IMG/VR virus record: IMGVR_UViG_3300033463_000013 | Coordinates: 64,001 to 128,000 of that record | Length of the DNA: 64,000 bases | From: a virus | Taxonomy: Duplodnaviria; Caudoviricetes | Strand: one strand, 5' to 3' | In this document: one piece after another, positions 8,924-18,498 of the stretch | Layout: each line of letters begins with the position of its first letter | How positions within the stretch are numbered: the first letter of the stretch is position 1 | Program-made: the position numbers and the translations under genes | Notes under the pieces: generated by a model | The model's input: only the letters and a program-made list of their open reading frames with translations | The model's database searches: none | Told to the model about the DNA's origin: nothing

Positions 8924-9088
8924 ACATAGACCTCCCTTCCATGATACCCATTATACACCCGGCCCACGGCGGCCGTCAAGCAGTCTGTTTAGGCGTGGAC
9001 ACCTAAATATTTGTTAGGTACCGAACTATTTGCGTACACCTAAATTTTTGAGCGCATGAAAAAAGCGGGCGGTTGCCCGCCCGCCCGC

Positions 9089-9325
9089 TCAATGCCGGAA
9101 GTAGATGCAGGGACGATCCTCGTAGTCTTCGAAGGTGTACCACCGGGTCACGCCGTCCCGGCAGAACCCAAAGTCCACGCACTCTCCGACGATGCAGATG
9201 ATGCTGTAGGGGTTCCAATAACCGAGTTCCTCGGCGTCCTCAAGCCACTCTTCCCGGGTGTCGTACCCGTCCGCCTTGGCGACCATGGTCTGAATCTGTT
9301 CGATGGTCATAACGATGCGCTTCAT
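9089..9325 (-). CDS. Early hypothetical protein, 78 aa (GC-rich block)
   Basis: ORF with AAGGAGG RBS preceded by half-site ACACCTAAA. Confidence 0.75.
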   Translation of the reverse strand: MKRIVMTIEQIQTMVAKADGYDTREEWLEDAEELGYWNPYSIICIVGECVDFGFCRDGVTRWYTFEDYEDRPCIYFRH

Positions 9326-9367
9326 TTTGTTTATCCTCCTTCAATTGTTTAGGTGTCCGGCGAGGGC

Positions 9368-9691
9368 TCACGCCCTCGCCTGTACTTCGACGATGTGCCC
9401 GACGACGACGTCGTCAAGCGCATGCTCCCGGTTCATGAGGTAGTACCACGTCTTGCGGATGCCCTCCACGCTGTACTCGGGGAACAGGTACTGCATCCTC
9501 GGGCTGTCCATCCAGTCGGCGGTCAGCAGGACGTCGATGGTCAAGGTGTCAACCACGGCGTCGTAGGCGCTCCGCTCACGGTACACCCCGTGAACATTGT
9601 ACCGCCACCGGAAAACCCGGTCAAGCAACTTCACCGCCCGCTCGGCGGTCTCCGGCGTGCCCTGCACGCTGACGATGTAGGTCTTCTTCAT
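9368..9691 (-). CDS. Early hypothetical protein (GC-rich block)
   Basis: ORF track 9368..9799; RBS supports a start at 9691 or 9697. Confidence 0.72.
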   Translation of the reverse strand: MKKTYIVSVQGTPETAERAVKLLDRVFRWRYNVHGVYRERSAYDAVVDTLTIDVLLTADWMDSPRMQYLFPEYSVEGIRKTWYYLMNREHALDDVVVGHIVEVQARA

Positions 9692-9735
9692 GTTCATACC
9701 CTCCTTCGTGTTTAGGTGTCCCGGGTCGCCGTGGC

Positions 9736-10068
9736 TCAATCGAGCCACGGCTTGCCGATGTATGCATTGTAGGTCATCCCGCAGGATGCGGCGCACCATT
9801 CGGCATAGTCTTCAGCGGAGATCTCTTCGTAGTCGTCCTCGTCCTCATCCTCGGTGTCGGCTTCGGTGAAGTCCGAAGCCGGCATCGTGCGGACCAGATC
9901 GGCGATGACCGCCATGCCGAGCAGGACCATGTCCTTCTCGACCTCGGCGATGTCCTTCGTCTCGGTCAGTTTGAGATCGCCGAGGGTGATGTATCCCATG
10001 CCGATCCCCGTGAACTGGATGTCGTAGCCGACGCTCTTGGCATTGTCGATGAACTGCTGATTGGTCAT
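9736..10068 (-). CDS. Acidic early hypothetical protein (GC-rich block)
   Basis: RBS supports the start at 10068 (MTNQQF); EDEDEDD tract. Confidence 0.75.
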   Translation of the reverse strand: MTNQQFIDNAKSVGYDIQFTGIGMGYITLGDLKLTETKDIAEVEKDMVLLGMAVIADLVRTMPASDFTEADTEDEDEDDYEEISAEDYAEWCAASCGMTYNAYIGKPWLD

Positions 10069-10131
10069 TGTTTTGTCCTCCTTCATGTTTAGGTGTCGGT
10101 TGGGGCAGGGCTTTCGCCCTGCCCGGTGTTT

Positions 10132-10323
10132 TTAGAACTCGATGTAGTCAAGCTCTTTGCCTTCGCCGATGTGGATGGTGTGCAGGGTGTGCCCTGCATC
10201 AATCAGTTCCCGGGCAAGGCAGGATGCGGTCGTGGCGTTGATGCCGTGGCACTCGCCGTGGATGTCCCTCACGTACCAGTGATGGGGCGTGCCGTTGATG
10301 TAACCGATGTACAAGGTATTCAT
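10132..10323 (-). CDS. Early hypothetical protein (GC-rich block)
   Basis: RBS supports the start at 10323 (MNTLYIG). Confidence 0.7.
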   Translation of the reverse strand: MNTLYIGYINGTPHHWYVRDIHGECHGINATTASCLARELIDAGHTLHTIHIGEGKELDYIEF

Positions 10324-10521
10324 GTTCGTTTCCCCTTTCATATTTAGGTGTGCCGTCTTGCTTGGGTCTCGCCTCAACGGCTCGGTGCTTGAACATTCAC
10401 CCCCACGGGTCGCCTTGAACGCCCGGCTTCGCACTCCCGCCGGGCAACGGCGCGTCCATATCCAATGGAATCATCCCCTTTCATATTTAGGTGTCCCTTC
10501 CCGGGTGGGAAGGTGAGGGGC

Positions 10522-11124
10522 TCAGCCCCTCACCATTTCCCGGAACTCCCGGAGCGTGGGCAGGTCTTCCTGCTCCACGAACTCGTAGAAGCGGTTCAGC
10601 CGGGCGTAGGCGTAGCGGTACTTGTCGTGCTTCTTGTCGTACACCCGGGTCACGTAGGGCTGAATCTTCATCAGTCCGTGCTTGGCATCGTAGTTCAGCG
10701 AACTGGTGATGCCCTTCTTCCCGGTGTAGGTCAGCATGGCGATGTACTGCGTCCGGGTCGCCACCCAGAGCTGGTCCATGAAGTTCTCCTCGGTGAGGAA
10801 CTCGGTCTCGGCGGCGATGACGAACAGGTCGATGTCCGGGAAGATGTCGTCTTCCGTCCAGTCCGCCTTGGCGAACTTCCACGAACCCGCTCCGGTCTTG
10901 CTCTCGCCCTTGTGCGAGCTGCCGTCATAACGCAGGGTGAAGTCGGTCTTGTCCGCTGCCCGGCAACGGACGTCCGCCTCATGCTCCACGCCCTTCGCCA
11001 TGAGATAGTTACGAGCGTAGAAGTCAACCCACTTGCCCATGTAACCAGTGCTGCCCTTGCCCTGCTCCTCCCGGATGCGAGCGTTGAACTCCTTGATGGC
11101 CTGAATCTTTTCAGCTTTCGTCAT
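10522..11124 (-). CDS. 200-aa early protein, possible PD-(D/E)xK nuclease-like fold
   Basis: AAAGGAG RBS; motif KTDFTL...GESKTG resembles the D...ExK signature. Function is inference only. Confidence 0.7.
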   Translation of the reverse strand: MTKAEKIQAIKEFNARIREEQGKGSTGYMGKWVDFYARNYLMAKGVEHEADVRCRAADKTDFTLRYDGSSHKGESKTGAGSWKFAKADWTEDDIFPDIDLFVIAAETEFLTEENFMDQLWVATRTQYIAMLTYTGKKGITSSLNYDAKHGLMKIQPYVTRVYDKKHDKYRYAYARLNRFYEFVEQEDLPTLREFREMVRG

Positions 11125-11362
11125 GATAATCTCTCCTTTCAAAATAGCGAGCTTGCCTGAAGGTCTCCGGCGGATTTGGACTCTCCCTCACCGTCGACAG
11201 TTGTATCCCACTGCTGGGCGAGCTTTTCAGCTCGCAGGCGTATGGTCAGCTTCTGGCTTCTTGTCAAGGTTCGGATTGGGCGACTTTAACACGCCCGGCA
11301 GACCCCCTTTCTTCCGGTTGGAACCCTTCCCGGGCGGTTCCCGTTCCCCTTGGGACAGTTAT

Positions 11363-11391
11363 ATTAAACCATAGAAAACACTTAAATTCAA
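11363..11391 (-). promoter_or_regulatory. Leftward promoter for the GC-rich early block
   Basis: TTGAAT, 17 nt, TG-n-TTTAAT, followed by the conserved GTCCCAAGGG leader. A half-site variant (ATTTAAGTGT) overlaps the -35/spacer. Confidence 0.55.
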
Positions 11392-11544
11392 GTATTTTTT
11401 GAAAAAAAAATATTTTTTTGAAAAAACCCGCAACCCGTTGAAAAATAAGGGCTCCCGGGCCTGCGTTTCAGGAAACCAGCCCAACCAGCCACCCGCCGCA
11501 CCCCGGGTGTACCCAAATTCCACCGTACTTTTATTTTCAAATAT

Positions 11545-11574
11545 TTGACAACTTTCCATCCTTTATGCTATAAT
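11545..11574 (+). promoter_or_regulatory. SigmaA-type promoter heading the packaging/structural operon
   Basis: TTGACA, 18 nt, TG-C-TATAAT; no palindrome upstream. Confidence 0.8.
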
Positions 11575-11599
11575 AAAAGAAGAAATGGAGGTGGTTCCA

Positions 11600-12907
11600 T
11601 TGAAAAAGAAATACTCACTCGACTTTAATATAGTTCGAGATATCGACCGCATGAAAGCAGTCGAAGAAATTTTAGATCAAATGGAAACAGACCCGACTTA
11701 GACAGAGTTGGAACAAATGGCCTCCTACATCTTATACGGAAAGGACGAGAATGGACAAAATAGTATTTAGCGCAACGAAACAATTGATAAGGATAAAAGA
11801 TATAAGAGTTATAAGACAAAAGATGATAAAGTATAGTCCTTAGATGAGATTATGGAGGCTCCCGGATTTGACGAGCAATAGTTGCGCTCGGCATACAAAC
11901 GTGATGCATACACGGTTCCAAAACCATGCATCAACAAACCCCGCTATGACAAGAAAACCGGAGAAATGGTGGACCCTGGCGATAGCGATGTTCCAGGAAT
12001 GATGGAGTAGTGGGAAATTATTGATAGATGGCAACATATGTTAGATGTTGCATAGGGTAAGGTGCCGCCGCAAGAAGGCGATACAATTGTATCCGATCCC
12101 TATCGCATCTATCAGTTAAAACATAATTTAATTGATATTAGAAAACATCAATACTACTTGAAAGATTCGTATAAGCCAACATTACATTTCCAAAATATGG
12201 ATCATCCAAAACCCCAATTCTATGATTGGAGTAGTGATGCCTTCTACTGGGTATCGCGCGATTAGTGGCAAGAAAAAGTAGACAAATCCTATACTTCCCG
12301 TGTTTCTAAAAATTTGAAGGATTATGAAACTAGAGGGGAGGGGGATAGTTTAGAAATTAAATGGGTAGTATGCCGCCATACATTTGATTGGGAGAATCCT
12401 AAACATGTTCGTGCATTACTTAATCATTATCATACGCTATATGAAGCTATGCGCGATAAGCTTAACACATACGGACGCACCTTACTATGGGATTTCGACC
12501 GTTATGTTTCATTGTGTGACTTTAGTGAATTGCGCCTATTCCTTATTGAATTGAGGAAAATGGGGTTAGCTTATGAGGATATTTTGGAAGAGATGCGCGC
12601 GAAATATGCAATGGAATATTCACCGAATTATTTGGTTTCAATCGTAAGTACGGAAGTACCGAATAGAATTGCGAGAGTTGCGCGTATGCTTCGTATTGAG
12701 AATGAAACGCCAATGGAAAAGAGAAAATAGTGTATTCATTGCGGAAAAATGTTACCGGCCGATCCACTTTTCTTTAGTAGAAATAATTCTCATAAAGATG
12801 GACTATCGAATACATGTAAATAGTGTGATCGTGTTTCAAGAATTAAACGAGGGGTGATTAGCGGTGGAGACCTTAGAAAAAAAGACCCGACGCTGCCTCA
12901 AGTGTAA
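11600..12907 (+). CDS. 435-aa protein with sigma-region-4-like HTH and C-terminal Zn finger (TAG=Gln); putative regulator or packaging factor
   Basis: GGAGGTG RBS and TTG start; one frame with 9 in-frame TAG, ending TAA; C-terminus CIHC...CK(TAG)C. Confidence 0.8.
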
Positions 12908-13817
12908 ACGTGAATAGCCACTTGAATTGTTTTAGGCAACACCTTCAAAATATTTTCCAGGTGGAAAGTGTTATATTTGTACGCCATGTTTAGAAGTTAT
13001 GACACCACAAGACAATTTAGGTGAAGTTGACCGTTTAATGCGTTGGTTAGATCTTCCATTTGACCTCAATAAATGGACATAGTTATATGAGTAGCATCAA
13101 GATCATACATTAACTGCTTATTTTAATTTACTGTATGATGACCATTATGAACCTTTACGTTGGGCAGATGAAAATGAAAGATGGAGATTGGCGCGAGAAG
13201 AAGGTACAATTGATGATGAAATTAAAGCATTAAATGATGCAAAATTGAAGAAGTTGAGAAAAGTTTGGTCAGGTTCATATAAGCCAGAACAACTTCTTTG
13301 GTTAGATAATTTTTATAATTAGATTGTAGCAACTTAGAATGTATCTACTCCAATTTTACAAGAAAAAGCACGAGATTTTTGTGAACTGCAATTGAGAATT
13401 AAAAATGGACTTCGCAATGGAGTGGATGTAAAAAAGGACATGGATGCGGCTGATAATATAGTCAAGACATACAATTTCTAGGCATCAAATGCAAAATCAG
13501 CGGCAGATTTTGAGTCTGTTGGAGAGTTAATGGTATATTATGGTAAAAAAGGGTGGCACCCCAACTGGCATACCGAACCACAAGATTCCATTGATTTTAT
13601 GATGGAAAATATTCAAAATTATTTGAAACGTTTAGTTATTAATGAGGGTAATTTTGCGGAACAAGTTGAAGATAAACGTGAAAGATATAATATGACTGAA
13701 AGATTAGAAAAAATTGAAAATGAAAAAGTTGATTTTGATGAAACTGCTAATATTGATTATGAAAATAGTGATGAACTTGCCGCCGAACTTGGAGAGGGAG
13801 GGGGTATAGATGAATGA
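12864..13817 (+). CDS. Zn-finger protein upstream of terminase, probable terminase small subunit (TAG=Gln)
   Basis: GTG start with RBS; CLKC...CYICTPC; several in-frame TAG; joins ORF 13530..13817; position directly before TerL. Confidence 0.72.
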
Positions 13818-15591
13818 TTTAGAAGAGGTTGTATTAAGAGATGGTATACCAATTGAAAAAGGTATAGTTCTTACGAAAGAATATTTAGATAATAATTAGG
13901 AATTGTTTACTAAATATTTAAACTTTTGGATTAAATATCCAGATCTATTTTTGGATGCAATTCAAGATTCAACTGATGCAATTAACTTTCATTTAAAGCC
14001 ATTCCAACGTGTAGCTTTGCGCGCGAGTATGCGTTATAGGTATCATTTTTGGACAGCTACACGTGCAACGTCTAAATCGTTCACAGCATATTTAAGTGCG
14101 TTAGTTCGTGCAGTATTATTACCAAATTCAACTTTAATGATTGTATCTGATACAAAGGGAACGGTTATTAAGATTGCAGAAGCAAAATTTGAAGAAATTT
14201 TTCGTCACTGGCCTTTACTTCGTAATGAGCTAAAGACCCGATAGGATGATGGTAAAACAGGTATTAAATCTAGTTCTAACTATTATGAAATTTATTTAAA
14301 GAATGGCAGTATGATTAGTGTTATCTCTAAAGATACGTCAAGAGGTCTACGTGCCACAGGCGCAGTTCTAGAAGAGTGTGCATTAATTGAAGAAGTTCCT
14401 TTTAACGAAGTTATTTGGCCTCAGATGAATATTGCGCGAAAAGAAGTTGATGGAACACTTAATCCTGAAGAGCCTGCAGCATCTCAGACCTTCATTACTA
14501 CTGCAGCTGAACGCACGGTATTTATGTATTAGAAATTAATTGAGATTACTGTAAACGCTGTATTGCGACCGAAAGAATACTTCTCATGGGGCTTATCCTA
14601 TGAAGTACCGCTTCATTATGGACTTATTAATAAAGAGACATTAATGGACCAGCGTTATTCTAATACTGTTAGTGAAGATAGCTTTGCGCGTGAATCTCTC
14701 TCAATATGGAGCGGCAATAGTGCAGATGCTTGGTTAGATTCACGTAGATTAAATAGACATCGTTCTTTATTATATTGTGAACGTGAAGCACATAAATTAC
14801 CAGATGGCGGATTCTATTTAATTGGTGTTGACGTTGCTCGTTATGGTGCGAATACTGCTGTTATGGTAGTTAAAGTATTACCTGGAGTACAACGTTTTAA
14901 AAAGAATGTTGTATATACAGAAGTAATACATGGAGAAAATTATATTACAGTACAAGCACCAAGAATTAAAAAATTAATTTAGTTATATAATCCGCGCGAA
15001 ATTATTATCGACGGTAATGGACCTGGTATTGGTTTAATGGATGCTATGGTACTTCCATCCTTTGATCCAAAAACTGGTGAACAATTTCCAGCGTATTATA
15101 CATTTAATGATGAGAATCATTTACCTCCAGAAATGCATGATGAAGTAAATGAGCCTGTTCAAAAATATAATGCAATTATATATGATGTAAAAGCTTCTGC
15201 TTCTAATGAAGATGAAATTCATGCGGCTTTTCTTACTTCAATTAATAATGGTTCAACTGCATTTTTAGCACATGAACGCGTGGTTAAAGATAAATTAATG
15301 TAGACTAAAAAGGGCCAAAGAATGACTTCCTATGATAGACGAGTATTCTTATTACCATATGAAATGACTTCACGATTAATGGATGAACTTAATAATTTAA
15401 GACTAAAACCTACAGGTGTAGAAAATAAATATAAAGTAGAACGTATTTCAAAATCCATTGAAAAAGATAGATTTTCTGCACTAGAATATGCTATGTACCG
15501 TATTAAGTATTATGAAGATAAAGAAATTTTCCGTAGGAGAAAAAAGAATATTGATTCATTTGGCTTTTTCACTCCTAAAAATAGGAGGTGA
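13810..15591 (+). CDS. terL: Terminase large subunit, 593 aa (TAG=Gln)
   Basis: Five ORF-track fragments in one frame, joined over 5 TAGs. Walker A-like ATRATSKS, Walker B AVLEEC, RNase H-like GVDVAR, IDGNG and KDRFSA. Confidence 0.93.
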
Positions 15592-15596
15592 TTTTT

Positions 15597-17138
15597 GTGA
15601 GTTAGGATTTTTTAACGATGTTTAAGAAACCATAGTTTAGAATAAACTATGTTCCTATGGACTCTCGTGAACGCACCTCTCGTTGGGGCGGCCATAGATA
15701 GAATAGCGTTTATAGAGATTTTACGCTAGAAGAAATTGAAGATATAATTCGCTCTGGCGAGATTTCCGCTATTCGTGAGCTGTCTCGTTATTATTATAGA
15801 ACGAACGGGCGTTATCGTAATAGTATAGATTTCCTTGCGAGTCTTCCACTATATGATACTGTTGTTACACCAATATATGAAGTTGGAAAAGGTTCTAAAA
15901 CACAAATTATAAAAGCATTTTATAATGCATGTGCTTTTGTAGAAGCATTAGATGTTAAAAATACATTAACACGTATTACTAGAGAATGGTTAAAATCCGG
16001 CATATATTATGGTATTTTACAGGAATATGGAGATAAAGTAGTGGTACAAGATTTACCAGTTGAATATTGTCGTACTCGTTTTAAAGATTTTAATAATTTA
16101 AGTATTCTTGAATTTAATATTCAATATTTTATTACATCATATTCTGATGATAATGTGCGTGAAGCGGCAGTGTTAAATTTTCCAGATGTAATTCAAAAAG
16201 CTTGGAGAGATTGGAAAAATAATAAATTAGATAATCCTTGGATTATGGTGCCAGCAATGAGTGGCGGGGTAGTTTTCTGTTTTGCAGAAGATTAGACTCC
16301 ATTATTCTTAGCTGCTATACCTGAATTAGCTAAATTAAAAGATGCCGTAAAACGTGAAGAAAAACGTGATGAAAATGAATTATATAAATTATTAATTCAT
16401 AAAATGCCGACTGATAGTAATGGACATTTAATCTTTGAATTAGATGAAATCGCGGAAATTCATGCTGGTATTGCTAATATGCTTTCTAGTTTAGATACAG
16501 TTGATGTATTAACTACTTTAGGTGATGCAACTTTAGAAAATTTACAAGATACATCTGCTGCATCATAGGCGAATAATCGTATTGAAAAATATAGTAATAA
16601 TGCTTGGGATGCTTTAGGAAGTAGTGAATTATTATATAATGCAGATAATAGTTCATCTTTAGCATATGTTATTAAACGATTAGCAGGTCTTACTCGTACA
16701 TATTTAAATATGTATAGTACATGGATTAAATTTTTAATTAATAGCCGTTTTAATCGTACAGGACTAACATTTGATTTTGAAATTTTACCAACTAATGAAT
16801 TTAATTTAAAAGATTATACAGGATTTTATTTACAATAGGCACAATTCGGTTATCCACGTATGCGCGCCGGAGTAGCTCTAGGAGTAAAATAGCGTGATTT
16901 AGTTAGTGCTATTGACTTTGAGAATGAGTTCTTAAACTTAGATGAAAAGATGATTCCATTAATGTCATCTTATACTCAAACTGGAGATGAAAATTCTTCG
17001 AAAAAAAATAAATCTTCAGAAAAAAATAGTAATAGTAATGGTTAGGTAAAAGACATAACTAATAAGGGCGGAAGACCAGAATTAGCTGATGAAGAAAAGT
17101 CTTAGAAAACAAGAGCAAATATTGATGCTATGGGTTAA
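15597..17138 (+). CDS. Portal protein, 513 aa (TAG=Gln)
   Basis: Follows TerL; continuous frame with only TAG interruptions (first at codon 3); C-terminal PLMSSYTQ...GGRP signature. Confidence 0.85.
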
Positions 17139-17153
17139 GGAGGAGACTAAAAT

Positions 17154-18485
17154 ATGAAAAGAAATATTCCAATTTATTTCGATAATGCTATTATTATGTC
17201 ACCTGCTGAACCTATCAATGGCTCTACAGGTCTTAATAGATTAAAAGTTGGCGTTTTTACCAAATATGGTAATCGTAATGGTTCTTATATTAAGGATGAC
17301 GTTGCAGAAATGATGATTGCTAGTGCAACCAAAGGAGATACTCCAGTAGTTGGTTTCTTTGATCCAGAATCAAAGAATTGGGCAAGTCATACTGGACCAA
17401 CTTTAGCGAGCGCCTATGGCTATGTTGAATATTTTGAAGGATGGCAACCATTTACAGATACGGATGGAGTTCAGCGCGATTATGCGGTTTTCTCTGTTGT
17501 GCTATTTACAAAATATTTTAATGAAGCCAATTTTGTTGTTGGACAAAATCAAAGTATGGAACTTGATATTAATTCAATCGAAGGTGATTGGGCAAATATC
17601 GGTGATACAGAATATTTTGTCTATACTAAAGCTGAAATCATGGGGCTGTGTATAATTGGTGACCACGAACCATGTTTCTCGGTTTCATCTTTCTTCTCGA
17701 AGAATGATGATACTTATAAATCTCAATATGAAAAGTTCTCTTCTCTATTGGCTGATTTGAAGGCTAAGGTGGAAGAGGCAGAAAATCAACCAAATGAAGG
17801 AGGGGAACATCAAATGGAAATTGAAATGAATCCCGAAGTAAATGAACCCACTCCTGCACAGGAATTTGAAGCCCCAGCGGCCGAAGAACCTGTAAATCAG
17901 GAGCCAGAAGCTCCAGCTGCAGAAGCTGCTGCTGAAGAACCAGCTGCAGAACCAGAACAGGAACCTGCTGCAGAAGAATCTGCAGAAGAACCTGCCGCTG
18001 AAGAACCTGCTGCTGAGCCTGAAGGTGAAGAGGGTGCAGAACCCGAAGAACCCGCAGCAGAAGAACCTGCTGTAGATTTTGAAGCACAGATTGCTGAACT
18101 TCAGAATCAACTAACTGAAATGACTACTAATTATGAGAATGCTCAAACTCGTATCGCAGAACTTGAGTCCCAGATAACATCCGCGTCTGAAACTGAAGCT
18201 ACTCTACGTGCTGAGATTGCTACTTATGAAGCCGAGCGTGCTCGTTTAGAAGTAGAACAAAAAACTTCCTTAATTGAACAGTATGCTACTGATTTAACTG
18301 AGGAAGAGATTAGCCCAATTCGTGAAGAAATGGATAATTTCTCTTATGAAGAATTGGAAAGCAAACTAGCAGTTTGTTATGCTAAGAAACACATGACTGG
18401 CAGTGCTGACAACAAAGTAGTTCCACTACCAGAACCCGTTGTTGATGAATTCGCGTTATTTATGCAGAAATATCGCAAGAATTAA
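17154..18485 (+). CDS. Prohead protease/scaffold fusion protein
   Basis: Lies between portal and capsid genes; N-terminal protease-like region (QSMEL, GLCIIG..EPCF), acidic linker, coiled-coil C-terminus; no TAG. Confidence 0.82.
   Translation: MKRNIPIYFDNAIIMSPAEPINGSTGLNRLKVGVFTKYGNRNGSYIKDDVAEMMIASATKGDTPVVGFFDPESKNWASHTGPTLASAYGYVEYFEGWQPFTDTDGVQRDYAVFSVVLFTKYFNEANFVVGQNQSMELDINSIEGDWANIGDTEYFVYTKAEIMGLCIIGDHEPCFSVSSFFSKNDDTYKSQYEKFSSLLADLKAKVEEAENQPNEGGEHQMEIEMNPEVNEPTPAQEFEAPAAEEPVNQEPEAPAAEAAAEEPAAEPEQEPAAEESAEEPAAEEPAAEPEGEEGAEPEEPAAEEPAVDFEAQIAELQNQLTEMTTNYENAQTRIAELESQITSASETEATLRAEIATYEAERARLEVEQKTSLIEQYATDLTEEEISPIREEMDNFSYEELESKLAVCYAKKHMTGSADNKVVPLPEPVVDEFALFMQKYRKN
17860..18075 (+). 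repeat. Imperfect coding tandem repeat (EEPAA)n in the scaffold linker
   Basis: Repeated GAAGAACC(T/A/C)GC(T/A/C)GC units. Confidence 0.85.
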
Positions 18486-18498
18486 GGAGGAATAACTT

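Larger units (their letters stand above)
488..8979 (-). promoter_or_regulatory. Set of 22 leftward sigmaA/sigma70-type promoters, each adjacent to a palindrome
   Basis: Example: TTGACA (515-510), 16 nt, TG-n-TATAAT (493-488). Other -35 boxes (TTGACT/TTGACA/TTGCAA/TTGCGT-like) have their upstream edge at 1330, 1765, 2322, 2739, 3144, 3420, 3770, 4182, 4600, 4987, 5241, 5745, 6145, 6584, 6841, 7162, 7501, 7859, 8175, 8678 and 8979, with TATAAT-like -10 boxes downstream. Confidence 0.88.
523..9008. repeat. Family of 22 dispersed palindromes ATTTA(G/A)GTG-N4/5-CACCTAAAT, one per early promoter
   Basis: Copies at 523-545, 1338-1360, 1773-1795, 2330-2352, 2747-2769, 3152-3174, 3428-3450, 3778-3800, 4190-4212, 4608-4630, 4995-5017, 5249-5271, 5753-5774, 6152-6174, 6592-6614, 6849-6870, 7171-7193, 7509-7530, 7868-7889, 8184-8206, 8686-8708, 8987-9008. 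The right arm ACACCTAAA is invariant. All copies are intergenic. Confidence 0.97.
9347..10494 (-). repeat. Five palindrome half-sites (ACACCTAAA) immediately upstream of RBSs
   Basis: TTTAGGTGT on the + strand near 9348, 9711, 10088, 10343 and 10486, each a few nt before an AAGGAGG/AAAGGGG SD on the minus strand. Confidence 0.85.

Noticed and set aside
523-9008. CRISPR array (regularly recurring ~23-bp palindromic repeat)
   Set aside because: The intervening sequences are about 250-800 bp and hold promoters and genes, repeat centres vary, and no cas genes are present.
523-9008. Classical integron with attC sites
   Set aside because: The sites are only 22-23 bp, lack the attC R/L box architecture, cassettes carry their own promoters, and no integrase is in the window. 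Kept only as an analogy.
83-11374. Plus-strand ORFs in the early region (for example 554..1075, 9353..9715, 10465..11160)
   Set aside because: They are antisense shadows of minus-strand genes that have RBSs and promoters, and they lack their own signals.
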